This document shows, in pieces, positions 27,668 to 38,148 of a stretch of DNA of 64,000 bases (positions are counted from its first letter, which is position 1; each line of letters opens with the position of its first letter). The position numbers and the translations under genes were made by a program. The stretch is taken from the IMG/VR virus record IMGVR_UViG_3300028603_000024, positions 1-64,000 of that record. One strand, 5' to 3'. Under the pieces are notes generated by a model that was given only the letters and a program-made list of their open reading frames with translations, was not told the DNA's origin and searched no databases. The stretch comes from a virus (Duplodnaviria; Caudoviricetes).

Positions 27668-28492
27668 CTAGCCTTGGCAATATAAAGTTTCCAGATCGGC
27701 AACCGTCAAACGGAGCCTGTTGGGGCCGTCGGCAACCAGCTGGAAGCCAGCAAGCCCGAGGATTGTAAATAATCCACTCGGGGAGGCGGTTGTACCGTTG
27801 ATGTCGGAGATCAGGTCCCCGCACATCGGTTCTCCCAAATCGTCCCAGGCGGGGGGTTCCCCCTCCCCGAGACCTACCCCGCAGGTCAGGACTACGGCAT
27901 TATCGGCGGTTCGCAGCTGCGCCTCGCAATTATAGCCGTCTGAGAAATAGAGAGATCCGGTGGACTCCTCCGCCACTGTTTCATATTCCTGGGCCGCCGC
28001 AATCTCCCCAGGCGGCGCCCACTGAGACCGCTGCAGTTGACGCAGGGAAACGCTGCTAACAACTAAGCCGTACAGGGAAGCAACCCGGCTGGGTTCGATA
28101 ACTGCATCGCCCCCGGTAACGGCGGTAATGTTACAACCGGTCTCCTCCCCCATCGCAGCGAGGAGACTGGAGACGGAGCCGATAACAACGAAACCGAATC
28201 CCTCCCCCTCGACGGCTTCCAGTTCAATGATGTCACCCCGTTCAACATCTCCGGGGATAACCGCCGCGAACTCTGTTCCGGACCCTGCGAAGGTGAGTTT
28301 TGCCCCCGTCGCCGCCAGGTCACAGCGAGTTAGACAAATCGTGTAGGAGCTGGCCTCGACGGCCCCTAAGGTGACGCCAAAATCAAGCAAAAGATCGTTA
28401 GGCAACTCGGTGCCTGTCTCTACCAACTCGGCTTTTTCTATCAGCGGAAAACTCCGTGAGGCGTTTTCCGCGTACCACTCCAAGTCCGCCAT
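27668..28492 (-). CDS. Tail/baseplate paralog 5 (W..N..R.FP family)
   Basis: EWYAENASRSFPL, DGYNC, GLGEG, DING. Confidence 0.7.
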   Translation of the reverse strand: MADLEWYAENASRSFPLIEKAELVETGTELPNDLLLDFGVTLGAVEASSYTICLTRCDLAATGAKLTFAGSGTEFAAVIPGDVERGDIIELEAVEGEGFGFVVIGSVSSLLAAMGEETGCNITAVTGGDAVIEPSRVASLYGLVVSSVSLRQLQRSQWAPPGEIAAAQEYETVAEESTGSLYFSDGYNCEAQLRTADNAVVLTCGVGLGEGEPPAWDDLGEPMCGDLISDINGTTASPSGLFTILGLAGFQLVADGPNRLRLTVADLETLYCQG

Positions 28493-29257
28493 TTATTTTG
28501 TTCCAATCAACTTGATCATCAATCCATACGTTCCCGAGGTTATCCGCACCACGGAATCTTCGTGTAACTCATCCCCGGAGTAGATGAGCATGTGACCGTT
28601 GCTCCCGGGCTGCTGATTAATCGTCTGCAAAAAAGGTCCATCGTCGACGACGGCTTCGTTGTCTTCCGCGTTACGCCTGAGATACAAAGGGTCGCCCATG
28701 GCGTCGAGCCGCACTTGAGTATACGCGGCTCCGCCGAACTCGGCGTCAATACTTTGAAAGTAAACGCCGTCCTCGGCAACAAAGGTTACACTACCCGACA
28801 GGATCTCCCCGCTCTCCAGAAGGAAACCCCGCACACCGACCTCAGGCATGGGCAGCACGACGTCGGGGCAGATCGCGGCTTCCTCTGGCGTAAAACGATG
28901 TTCCCCGAGGGACCAGTAACAAAGAGCAGCTGCTGCGATCGTGTTCAGAACCGCGAGGCCGGCGGGTCTCCCAAAGGCGTCGGTGAGCTGTAGTTGTGAG
29001 GGGTAGCTGCCACGGCGAAACGCAGCCGAGCACACCGGTCCCGACGGGGACGCGAAGGTCAGGGTAACCGAGACATCCCGCAAAGACACCTCGGAGAGGT
29101 AAAGACCGTCATCGCCGCCTACGGGGTGCAGGATTAAGTCGCTGAACAGGGTGTCGGGAATAACATCGACACCATTGGTCATTGTAGCGACGTCTGCGAA
29201 GGGATACTGGCTCCCCCGCACCTGGTCCCGCCATGATTGAAAAATTACATCAGTCAC
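28493..29257 (-). CDS. Tail/baseplate paralog 4
   Basis: SWRDQVRGSQYPF, LQTINQ. Confidence 0.7.
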   Translation of the reverse strand: MTDVIFQSWRDQVRGSQYPFADVATMTNGVDVIPDTLFSDLILHPVGGDDGLYLSEVSLRDVSVTLTFASPSGPVCSAAFRRGSYPSQLQLTDAFGRPAGLAVLNTIAAAALCYWSLGEHRFTPEEAAICPDVVLPMPEVGVRGFLLESGEILSGSVTFVAEDGVYFQSIDAEFGGAAYTQVRLDAMGDPLYLRRNAEDNEAVVDDGPFLQTINQQPGSNGHMLIYSGDELHEDSVVRITSGTYGLMIKLIGTK

Positions 29258-29288
29258 ATAATCCCCGCTTTCAAGCCTCGCGACAGCA

Positions 29289-30185
29289 TTAAGGCGTTGG
29301 CACGCTCCGCCACTTCAAATGCTCTTCACACCAGTCGCCGGCGGCATTAGGTATCGTCCCGTCCGGGGTGGGGCTGAGCATGCGTTTCTTTTCCTCGCAG
29401 GCCTCCAGTAAACTTTTATTAAAATCTATCGCTATCCGCCCCGGGCGGCTGGTGATTAATGCGGGTTCGTCGGCCACGATGTCAATATTTCCGGAGGCAT
29501 CCGGTACCACCTCGTTGATGGCTGTAATGCCCGGAAATCCGCAGTCTCCGTTCTCCGGCCTGCGGCTGCAGGGACCGGCGTAGTCTCGCAGCGCGTACGG
29601 ATTCTTTTTTAGGTCCAGCCGGAAGACGATAACGCGGCGAGATCCCCGGTTCGCGGCCTCGATGATTAAATCACCGCGGCCCAGCAGAGTTACCAAACCG
29701 GTAAGCCTGCCGGAGGTATAAGGCTGAGTCACGGCTGGGATTGGCAGACTCCGGAGAATCGAGCCCTGCGACGGTATCAGGGGCGCGGCTGCGGGGTCCG
29801 AGAATCTCCACTGCCCTCGTCGCTCATTTACACCCCGGCCGAAAGACAGCCAACCGCCGACGCCGGGTATAAAGGCTTTTACGGGATACGGCTTGAAGGG
29901 CACGACGGGTCGGCTGACGGTAACGGCGCACAAAGGGCTGGCGGAAGTTGCCGTCATCGCGGCGTCGGTCACCACAAAAACCGCGGAGACCGCGGCGGGC
30001 TGTAAAGAGAGACCTGCGAGGCAGATTCTACTGCCGCCCGCCGCAGCGACCGCGAGGCGAGCACTGACCAGGACGTCGTCCGGCAGCCGCTCGCCGGCAT
30101 CGGATAGCTTGGTCGCTGCTTCCTCCAGGGGGAAGCTGCGGCGGGCGTTCCGCTCCATCCAACCTATGCGAATAATGCCGGACAC
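29289..30185 (-). CDS. Tail/baseplate paralog 3
   Basis: GWMERNARRSFPL, ITAINEVVPDASGNI. Confidence 0.7.
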   Translation of the reverse strand: MSGIIRIGWMERNARRSFPLEEAATKLSDAGERLPDDVLVSARLAVAAAGGSRICLAGLSLQPAAVSAVFVVTDAAMTATSASPLCAVTVSRPVVPFKPYPVKAFIPGVGGWLSFGRGVNERRGQWRFSDPAAAPLIPSQGSILRSLPIPAVTQPYTSGRLTGLVTLLGRGDLIIEAANRGSRRVIVFRLDLKKNPYALRDYAGPCSRRPENGDCGFPGITAINEVVPDASGNIDIVADEPALITSRPGRIAIDFNKSLLEACEEKKRMLSPTPDGTIPNAAGDWCEEHLKWRSVPTP

Positions 30186-30211
30186 TAAACTCTCCGAAAT
30201 TGGTTCAACCG

Positions 30212-31657
30212 CTAACTGATATCTTCTCGTGTAACTGGTTTTACGATGCCACAGCTCTCGGTTATATCCTCAGCGTAGGCGGTGCTGACTGTGGCGAAGA
30301 CTGTAATAGCGTCTGCCCGCAGAGAGGAGGGCTTAAGGAGCGTTTCGTATTGGAAGCCCCGCCAGCTTCGAGCGGCAACGGTGCCGATATTCTTGGTGAA
30401 CGGGCCAAAGGCACAGCTGGACTCCGACAGCGTAAACTCTTCGTCCGGCCCTATTATTGCGCCGCTACCGGCAACGTATATTCCTGAAGTGCCGTTGTCG
30501 GTATAGGTGGTGAAGACCAGGAGAACGTCCTCTAACTCCTGCTTGCTGCGATTAACAACAACGGCTTGCACACTCTGCGAGTAGGAGCCGCGGCAAAATA
30601 TCCGTAACAACACGGAAACATCGGTGGAGACGTTGCCGCGCACGATATAAAAGTCCCGGACTGCGTCCCAGAGGTAACCTCTGGAATTATACAACTTAGG
30701 GACAATTGTGGTTTGCTGAGAATCCATCAACAACTTGGCGGCTCGATAACTGGCGGCCATGTCCTCGCAGTCGCAGCAGGCTGTACAGGCATTATATAAT
30801 GACAACCCCCCGACGATGGGTCGGACGATGAAACAGTCATCTCCGGTCAAGAAAAACCGGCCCTGCTCGTCGCCTGCAACGCCGTTAATTGTATATATCG
30901 CATCGTCCTTCGACTGGCATCGCGTGAAGCGGCCTAGGCCCTCCCCGGCCTCGAAATCGACTATTACGGATCTCTCCGGTTGCCCCGTGACATCCCTCGT
31001 TTCTTCCTGTGTTCGCAGTCTACAGTTATAGCCCTCGGAGAGGATGACGGGGCCGGCTGTAATGTTTTCTTGCCCCTCTTCTGTCTCTACCGACACCCCG
31101 GCGAGCCCCGCGATCTGGGGGATGACCGCCGACGGAGTCAGGGCAGCTTCGCAGGTTACGGGCCAAGCCGGGTAGGCCGAAAGGGCTGTAACGTTGCAGA
31201 CAAGTTTGGCCACTACTGTTGATGAAGACCATTGCAGGATTAGCCACTCTCCACTCTCGGTCACTTCATAACTATACTCGACTCCGTCTTCTCCCGACGT
31301 CAGCAGCGTTTCGCCGGCGAGAAGAAATTGCACCGCAGGAGATTCCAAATCATCTAGAGACAGGTATGTCAGCGTAACCGGCTCCCCGTCCCCTAAAACG
31401 CGGTCGGGTAGTACAATAACGGCGTCCGCGATTAAGGCTTCTAATTCACGGTTATCGGACAGGATATCGAGGAAAGGATAGGGGCGTCGTAGGTTGTCCC
31501 ACAGCCACCCGTCCGGCCAGGTCAGCGAAGTTCCCCCCGCTGCGGGGGGGCCGTCAAAAGCACCAACCAAAGTGGCGTCGTCGAGCTTGAGGGGGGCGTC
31601 GGCGGAGGGACCGACCAGCGGGGACGGCCCTATAATTTTACCCGTCTCTTCAGCCAT
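30212..31657 (-). CDS. Tail/baseplate paralog 2
   Basis: WLWDNLRRPYPF, EGYNC, GEGLG, IYTINGV, CTACCDC. Confidence 0.7.
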   Translation of the reverse strand: MAEETGKIIGPSPLVGPSADAPLKLDDATLVGAFDGPPAAGGTSLTWPDGWLWDNLRRPYPFLDILSDNRELEALIADAVIVLPDRVLGDGEPVTLTYLSLDDLESPAVQFLLAGETLLTSGEDGVEYSYEVTESGEWLILQWSSSTVVAKLVCNVTALSAYPAWPVTCEAALTPSAVIPQIAGLAGVSVETEEGQENITAGPVILSEGYNCRLRTQEETRDVTGQPERSVIVDFEAGEGLGRFTRCQSKDDAIYTINGVAGDEQGRFFLTGDDCFIVRPIVGGLSLYNACTACCDCEDMAASYRAAKLLMDSQQTTIVPKLYNSRGYLWDAVRDFYIVRGNVSTDVSVLLRIFCRGSYSQSVQAVVVNRSKQELEDVLLVFTTYTDNGTSGIYVAGSGAIIGPDEEFTLSESSCAFGPFTKNIGTVAARSWRGFQYETLLKPSSLRADAITVFATVSTAYAEDITESCGIVKPVTREDIS

Positions 31658-31674
31658 CTTTACCTCTTGCCCCG

Positions 31675-32577
31675 TTAACCCAAAGCGGTCGCAGCCATTA
31701 CGGTTTGTAACTTCTCAGACGTCTCCTCGAGTCTCTCGGCAAAAGAGTTGAGGGTGGCGTACTCGTTTCTTAAGTATTGCAACGCGTTATTGATTACATC
31801 TAGTTCCTCACAACCGCAGCAAGGCGAGGCACAGGTATCCGAGATGCGCAATCCGTTTTGAACGGCCTCGATGTTCAGGCAACTCTGCGATCCCGTTAAC
31901 AGGAGGTTGCCGTTTTCGCCCGCGGGTACGCCGTTAATTGTGCAAATCGGCTCGGCCACGGCTCCGTCTCCCGCACACGTAGCAATCATCTCCTCCTCGG
32001 GGATGGCGTCAATAAACACCTCGTTGCCCTGCACCCGGAGCCGCGTGTTCCTTCCTGATTCAAGCACCAGGGTGGACCGTATCAGGTCGCTGAGAACGCC
32101 ACCGGATCGAATGCGGACACCGGGAATGCCGGCTACGGTCGGGATTACACAGCGGGGCTGAAATCTCGCCGCCGCCGCCGTGAAAAGCCAATCTCCCGGG
32201 GGCTGCATATCTATCTCGGTTAAGTCCCCGACTGCCACATGCCCCAAGGCCAGCCCGGAACTATCTACAGCAACGACGGCGTAAGTACGGCCTCGCGTGT
32301 GAGACGCCGCCGGTACCGTGAACATGGCGACATCTGCTCCGTTGTTGGCCACCATGACCACATAACCCCCGGTGTAACTGGAAACGGAGGAAATATAACA
32401 ATCCCCCGGCGACAGCAGCTGACTGCTGGGCAGGGAGATGTAAAGGTCCAGAAGAAAGCTGTTCGGGATCTTCATGGATCCGGTAGTGTCAAGACCTGTG
32501 GCATCATCCATAAGCGGATATCGCCGACCGGAGTTTGACCACAACCAATCCTGATTCCAAGTACGAGGCGCCGCCAT
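31675..32577 (-). CDS. Tail/baseplate paralog 1
   Basis: WLWSNSGRRYPL, ICTINGV, CASPCCGC followed by a coiled coil. Confidence 0.7.
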   Translation of the reverse strand: MAAPRTWNQDWLWSNSGRRYPLMDDATGLDTTGSMKIPNSFLLDLYISLPSSQLLSPGDCYISSVSSYTGGYVVMVANNGADVAMFTVPAASHTRGRTYAVVAVDSSGLALGHVAVGDLTEIDMQPPGDWLFTAAAARFQPRCVIPTVAGIPGVRIRSGGVLSDLIRSTLVLESGRNTRLRVQGNEVFIDAIPEEEMIATCAGDGAVAEPICTINGVPAGENGNLLLTGSQSCLNIEAVQNGLRISDTCASPCCGCEELDVINNALQYLRNEYATLNSFAERLEETSEKLQTVMAATALG

Positions 32578-32592
32578 CTATTCTCTATCCTC

Positions 32593-33921
32593 TCAGCTGG
32601 TTAACAGCATCTCCCAGCGAATATTCATAATGCCAACATCGCCGGCGTAGGCGTCGACGGCGCGGGAGAGGGTGAAAAATACCAAGTCTCCGGGGTCTAC
32701 GACTATCGGTGCGGTGGAAACCATGAGGGCCTGGTAGGCTTGGAACGTAACACCCGGATCCAGTAATTCAGGGCCGGTGTCCTCTGTTGGCAGATTTGCC
32801 AGTTCGGTAGAGTAGGGTATGATACGGTAGCTGAAAGCGATGTCCGGGGCGACACCGTTGACGTGGCCGATCAGCAGGAACCGCAGGGTCAGCGTAGCAG
32901 GATCTGGAGCGCTCAAGCGAGGCAGAGAGATACGACCCCGCAAGCTGGAAGCACGGGACTGCGGCATAACGTAGTAAAGCAAATCGTTGTAGGACGCTTC
33001 TCCTACGTCAGTCAGGGCTACCAGGTCGGCAACACCTTCGCGAACAGCGTTAGCGGTTGAAGCCCCTACTGTCAGCGCCCCGGTCTGATAAACAAGCTCA
33101 TCGATTGTTACCGGGGAACCGCTGCCGACAATTGAAATCAGCCCGGTGCCACGAGCAGCTGCGACGTTGGGGCCAATTTCCTTGGTTGTACGACTTACGT
33201 CTTTAACGGTTGTACCCAGGCCGGCTGCAAAACCGACTGTTTCCGGACTTAAGACGTTCTCGATGTAATCATCGAGGCTAAGCGCCAAGCCACCCTTGGT
33301 GGCAGCTGCGCCGGTGTCACAGCTTACGGCCCGCAACGGGGCCGTCGGCGTTAAGCTGTTAACGAAGGCATCGGCTGTATAGTACGCGGTGCCGCCGAAA
33401 CCGTTTTTTGCCAGCGGCTGCACCCAAAACTGCGAAGCCGACCGCAAATAGACGGCCGGTATATCCAAGGCCGGCTTTACGGAGGTCAAATGCCCCGGCG
33501 TAACAGCGGAGAGATACCAGGGGCCGGCGGCGACGACGTCATCGAGAGCGCCGCTGATGTCGATCCCATCCACGTAACCGAAAAAGACTACGCGACCGGT
33601 ATTCCCGGACTTGCTGATTACCGTTCCCCGCAACCAGGCTGTACTTGCCGGCGTAGTAATCCCGCCAGGAGAACTGTAGACCGCGAGGGCTGGTGCATAG
33701 GCATTATCCTCGTCTGACCAATACACTTGACAGCCGATGAAGGCGGCGTCTGTGAGAGGCGCGTCGTCGTGGCATAACGCTCTGCCGGCCAGGTAGTTCT
33801 CTAACAGGTCCCGCAGATACGAAGTTCTCGATTCGAGATCTTCGACAGGCAAATTCGTATGGGCGGCCGCTATCGGTTGACCGTCCCGTATTCTTCTAAC
33901 CGCACTTCGCCACTTGGCCAT
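32593..33921 (-). CDS. Putative tail fibre / baseplate-attached protein
   Basis: N-terminal NLPVEDLESRTSYLR (tail-fibre-like), WYLSAVTPGHLT. Confidence 0.6.
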   Translation of the reverse strand: MAKWRSAVRRIRDGQPIAAAHTNLPVEDLESRTSYLRDLLENYLAGRALCHDDAPLTDAAFIGCQVYWSDEDNAYAPALAVYSSPGGITTPASTAWLRGTVISKSGNTGRVVFFGYVDGIDISGALDDVVAAGPWYLSAVTPGHLTSVKPALDIPAVYLRSASQFWVQPLAKNGFGGTAYYTADAFVNSLTPTAPLRAVSCDTGAAATKGGLALSLDDYIENVLSPETVGFAAGLGTTVKDVSRTTKEIGPNVAAARGTGLISIVGSGSPVTIDELVYQTGALTVGASTANAVREGVADLVALTDVGEASYNDLLYYVMPQSRASSLRGRISLPRLSAPDPATLTLRFLLIGHVNGVAPDIAFSYRIIPYSTELANLPTEDTGPELLDPGVTFQAYQALMVSTAPIVVDPGDLVFFTLSRAVDAYAGDVGIMNIRWEMLLTS

Positions 33922-33929
33922 GAGTTACC

Positions 33930-34520
33930 TCACTTAATGGTAATCTGCCACCGAACCGCAATTTCCGCGGGAGCGTCGGGGCGGACCAGCTGGCCGGCCT
34001 CCGTTAAATAACCTCTACTAAGCACAATATCCTGCGTGTAATCGTCGGGATCCGGCATGGCGATAACACCACCGCCCACAACCAGGCTGAGGCCGCGAGT
34101 GAAAGGTAGCTCGTCGATCAGGCCTGGGGAGCCGTCATCGCCGGCAGTGGCGGCAATGAAACTGACACAGTTGCTGCTGTATACCCCGCCGGATGCCGTG
34201 CTCGTGGGTAGAGCCAGCAGGGGCACGCGGAGTATATCGTGTTCCTCCGGCAAGGAGCCGTGAAACAAAGAGCCGTCGCGACTGATATCGTCCTCGCTCG
34301 GCGGGGTGTAAGTTGCCGCGTTGGTGAACTGCAGATACATACCGACAGGGGCTCGCGTAAGATCTTGGCATAGCAACCGGCCGAGGGCATCTCCGAGGCC
34401 ATACTGTAGCTTGTTTGCAACCCACCTCACCGGAGGGAGCGGTGAGCCGGGCACCCACACCGACGCCGCCAACTGCCCGGAAATGCTGGTTAAAGCGAGA
34501 TGATCGCGGTGGTCATCCAT
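33930..34520 (-). CDS. Putative baseplate/tail-collar protein
   Basis: Position; C-terminal EIAVRWQITI. Confidence 0.55.
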   Translation of the reverse strand: MDDHRDHLALTSISGQLAASVWVPGSPLPPVRWVANKLQYGLGDALGRLLCQDLTRAPVGMYLQFTNAATYTPPSEDDISRDGSLFHGSLPEEHDILRVPLLALPTSTASGGVYSSNCVSFIAATAGDDGSPGLIDELPFTRGLSLVVGGGVIAMPDPDDYTQDIVLSRGYLTEAGQLVRPDAPAEIAVRWQITIK

Positions 34521-34542
34521 GACACACGGATCCTTCCTTAAG

Positions 34543-36105
34543 CTATGTGCTCCCGCACGGGTTGTTTAAATACCACGCCACTACATCGTCGTCGAGGCCG
34601 GGGTCGCTGCCGACGAGGGAGCCATAAACGAGATCGTTTGTGCCGGCCTCCGTGAATATCCAATCATCAACGGAATCAACGGCCCCGGCCTGAGTTTCTG
34701 TGCCGTCGTCGCTAAGGTCAATATACTCGGTTTTGTTCAATGTCTCAACAAGCATGAGGCAAGCCATACGAGCGGGTATTATATTTGCAATAATATCACC
34801 CAAGGGAAGGGGGGCTGAATTAGCAAAAGCAGTGAGGTTTACGCGTACCACCAGCAGGGAACCCCCCATCTCAGATACCAAGAGATCAAGAGGGTTTAAG
34901 GTCTGCGGGATATCCGTAATTGCGGGGTCCCCCGACGGCGACTCTCGCAGGTCAAGGGTGTTTGCCAAGGTGGTTCCGCCAACGCCTCGATCGTGCACGT
35001 CGGCCCAAAACTTTCTAATCACTGCGGGGTGCCCGAGTAATTGACAACTGATCTTCATTCGGCCTTTTGCCGTAGAAACCGAGATCGGTAGATCTGCGTT
35101 AGGGAAGGTTATAGGTGAAGCAACGTCAACCAGTCGGGAATCCACGCAGAGGCCGGACAACTGACGGAGTTCCCGCGGAGTTCGGAGTAGTTGTACGGCG
35201 TCACATATCGCTTGCCCCTTTTCCAGAACGTCCCCAACCTCGACGAGGATCGTGGCGGCGGAATTGAAGCAATAGGCCTGCTGATCGGTAACCACGACAG
35301 TTCCGGTAGCCAGTCGAGCGATATCGAGCACCCGTTCCCCGTCGCTACGAGAACCCTCAACACCGGCCCAGGCGTATAGTAGTTCTCGGAAGGCGCCCAG
35401 GCTGGGACCGTCGCAAAGAGAGTCGATGGCGGCATTCACCAACCTTTTAAACCCATCGCTGGAAGCTGCGGATAAGCCGACCAGAGCGCCGTAGCGATTA
35501 GCGATGTCTCGAACGTCATACTCGCAGTGGTAGCCCCACAGGGCGAGTCCTCTATCAACGACAGCTCCGGAGTCGTCGATAATATCCACTACGGGCATTC
35601 GGGGGTCGTTAAAGGGGTTGTTGCGAAATACTAAGGACCCGTCCGCTACCCAGAAGTCGACGCCGGCAGCGAGGATCGCGGAGGCGCCCACCGGGGAGGT
35701 GCTTAACGCCCCGATCGACACGAGGTTATCGACATCCAGTTTCGCAGGTTCCTTGGGGGACCTGTTTCCATACAGATAAACGGCGACGTCCTCGGCGGCG
35801 ATGCCGTACACGAGGCCGTCACCATATTTAAGGGCGCCGGCAAAACTCCGCTGCAGCCCCTGCTCGGTGAAAGCGACGCGTCGCCACGTCATAGCTCGAT
35901 ACACGGGCACAGAAAACCGGGATAAGGTCTGTATTGAATACACCAAGTCCATCATGCGCTGTGCCAGCAGCTCAGACAGACCGCGACCATAGGCTTGAAA
36001 AAGATCTTTATTTCGATGCAAGGATATCCAGAAGGAGCCGAATAACGACAGCACCTCACGGCCTCGCTGGACGGCGTCCTGATTGTCTACCGGATAGTTG
36101 GCCAC
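34543..36105 (-). CDS. Putative baseplate wedge protein
   Basis: Follows the baseplate-J-like gene; RYGALVGL...GPS pattern. Confidence 0.6.
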   Translation of the reverse strand: MANYPVDNQDAVQRGREVLSLFGSFWISLHRNKDLFQAYGRGLSELLAQRMMDLVYSIQTLSRFSVPVYRAMTWRRVAFTEQGLQRSFAGALKYGDGLVYGIAAEDVAVYLYGNRSPKEPAKLDVDNLVSIGALSTSPVGASAILAAGVDFWVADGSLVFRNNPFNDPRMPVVDIIDDSGAVVDRGLALWGYHCEYDVRDIANRYGALVGLSAASSDGFKRLVNAAIDSLCDGPSLGAFRELLYAWAGVEGSRSDGERVLDIARLATGTVVVTDQQAYCFNSAATILVEVGDVLEKGQAICDAVQLLRTPRELRQLSGLCVDSRLVDVASPITFPNADLPISVSTAKGRMKISCQLLGHPAVIRKFWADVHDRGVGGTTLANTLDLRESPSGDPAITDIPQTLNPLDLLVSEMGGSLLVVRVNLTAFANSAPLPLGDIIANIIPARMACLMLVETLNKTEYIDLSDDGTETQAGAVDSVDDWIFTEAGTNDLVYGSLVGSDPGLDDDVVAWYLNNPCGST

Positions 36106-36121
36106 GCCCGGCGCACCTTAA

Positions 36122-37723
36122 TTAGATAACCTCGATTGAAACATCAACATCCGAGGGAGAACAGAAGAAAGACACCGTCTTAGCAGAGACGCCGGCAGTC
36201 GGCTCATTCGGGGTCTCCAGGCTATTGGCGCTTCTTAAATGCTGCTCGGACCGGTCCGGGCGAATGAGCCGCCCATACAAACTGATCGGCATTTTTACGT
36301 AAGCTCCTGTCGGTAAGGCTGCGGCGGCGGCGTCGATTATGGTGCTCGCGCTAAGTTCGGAAACAAATGACTGCTGATTAACAGCCGCGGCAACGCCGGC
36401 TGCGACGCGGTCGGGATCAACGGTCGCAGTGGCTCGCCGTCTTATTGTGAGGCCGACGGTAACAAGTATGGGAACCGGAGACTTTACCAGCCAGTCAGCC
36501 AGGGGATCGGAGTGCGCCTCGTCGTTACAAAACGCTTGCGCCGTATCGATGCTTGGCAGTCGCCGCAGATAGAGGTTGTAGGTGCCGGCGTCGGACTCGT
36601 CTGTAAACTCCACCACGACGGATTGATACCGGGAAAAAGCCGCCTCGGCAGATGTCATAATATCGGGAGGGGATAGGAGGTTGGAAAGATCCTGTGACCA
36701 GACAACTGAGGTGATGCCCAGGTTGTCGGCCCACAGGTCAGTACCGTCATCGGCAGCAGGACTTTTAACGGCCACCACCTCGTAGGCTCCGGCTACAGCA
36801 TCCCGTCCCAATGACAACTGGTAGGTATGCGTGGCGGCGTCCAGCAAAACAGCTGTTTGGGTGACTCGAAGAATATCCAACGTCACCTGCGACCGTAAGT
36901 AGATGTCGGCACGACCTCCGCCGCTGAAACCCAAGAGGGACCGACGACCTCTTGTCAGCTCAGAATCCATCATGCCCGTTACGGAAACTGCTTGAGTACT
37001 CGGGATTAAAGTCTGAAGGAGCCGGGCCGCCGAGGCCCGAGAGCTGAGAACAGCGGCGGTCATCCCCTGCGTTGCCCGGCTTAATACGCTAGTGTTGGTT
37101 TCCGCAGCCGTTCCGTTACTGAAACCGGAGGCCGCAACAGCGTCGGAAAAGAAGATAGGACGAGGACTGACGACGAAAGAGGAGCCGATCGCGATATTCC
37201 CGGCAACCCCCGCGGTTACCGCGGTTACTGGAACTTGGAAGGAGTACCGGCCATCGGGGCGGCTACGAAGCACCCGATCCGTGTCGGAGGTCTTATCGGC
37301 CTCGCTACGAACCACTACATAGTCCGCAGCGGTAGCAAAAGTAATGCCGGCGGCCGTGAGACGAGTGCCGGCAGAGATTAACAGGGCGTGCTCCTGGCTC
37401 AGGATAATCTCAACGAGCCCTGTGGCGGCTACGCCTGGCTGTCTCGCGGCTCTGAAATTTGACAGTAGGGCATCAACGACGGCGTCGTCGGCGCTTTCGG
37501 GGGCTTGGCTGATTGCTTGGATGTTCCAATAGTCTCGCAAACGAGTCAGAGATACGTTTTCAACAAGATGCATAGCGGCCGCTTTTTTCAGCACCAGCTC
37601 GTAAATGGCTCCGCCGGGGAATAAGCTGACTTCATCGTCGACCTCCCTGAGTTTCTCCGCCAGAAACTCGGCATATTCAGTCACGGCGAGCGGGTCAAGA
37701 TCTGCGAAAGATATCTCTGTCAT
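36122..37723 (-). CDS. Baseplate J-like wedge protein
   Basis: GGAIYELVLK, ATGLVEI, AVTAGVAGNI, FSNGTAAET motifs. Confidence 0.8.
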   Translation of the reverse strand: MTEISFADLDPLAVTEYAEFLAEKLREVDDEVSLFPGGAIYELVLKKAAAMHLVENVSLTRLRDYWNIQAISQAPESADDAVVDALLSNFRAARQPGVAATGLVEIILSQEHALLISAGTRLTAAGITFATAADYVVVRSEADKTSDTDRVLRSRPDGRYSFQVPVTAVTAGVAGNIAIGSSFVVSPRPIFFSDAVAASGFSNGTAAETNTSVLSRATQGMTAAVLSSRASAARLLQTLIPSTQAVSVTGMMDSELTRGRRSLLGFSGGGRADIYLRSQVTLDILRVTQTAVLLDAATHTYQLSLGRDAVAGAYEVVAVKSPAADDGTDLWADNLGITSVVWSQDLSNLLSPPDIMTSAEAAFSRYQSVVVEFTDESDAGTYNLYLRRLPSIDTAQAFCNDEAHSDPLADWLVKSPVPILVTVGLTIRRRATATVDPDRVAAGVAAAVNQQSFVSELSASTIIDAAAAALPTGAYVKMPISLYGRLIRPDRSEQHLRSANSLETPNEPTAGVSAKTVSFFCSPSDVDVSIEVI

Positions 37724-37731
37724 CTCTTACC

Positions 37732-38148
37732 TTACAAGTTGAAGGGGAGAGTAAAAACAGTCTCTCCTGCCGCGGTCCACAATAGAACCCGGATTGTCAG
37801 GGAGTCCGCTGCAAGCTGCATATCCTCAATATCCGCTCCCACGATTTGTTCGTCTTCAGGACTGCGGGCGTCAAAACTTCGTAGATAACTAATCACCTGA
37901 TGCGCTGCGGCAGAAAAAGCCATCGTTATCTGAGCCTCGTTTCGCAACTGCCCCTGTGTTAATCGGCTCATAAAATCCGACCCGTAGTGTGGTGCAGAAA
38001 CATCGGAGCCCCTAATCGTCAGTAGGCAGGCGATAAATTTCTGCGCCGCCGCTGCAGGGCCTCGGCAAACTTGCGCGTCCCGGTTGACCCGCAGCGTTAA
38101 CCTGCCATTATCCTGCTCACCCAGCAAGTATAAATCTACGGGTTGCAT
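37732..38148 (-). CDS. gp25/GPW-like baseplate wedge protein
   Basis: QKFIACLLTIRGS...YGS motif, small size, upstream of the J-like gene. Confidence 0.75.
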   Translation of the reverse strand: MQPVDLYLLGEQDNGRLTLRVNRDAQVCRGPAAAAQKFIACLLTIRGSDVSAPHYGSDFMSRLTQGQLRNEAQITMAFSAAAHQVISYLRSFDARSPEDEQIVGADIEDMQLAADSLTIRVLLWTAAGETVFTLPFNL

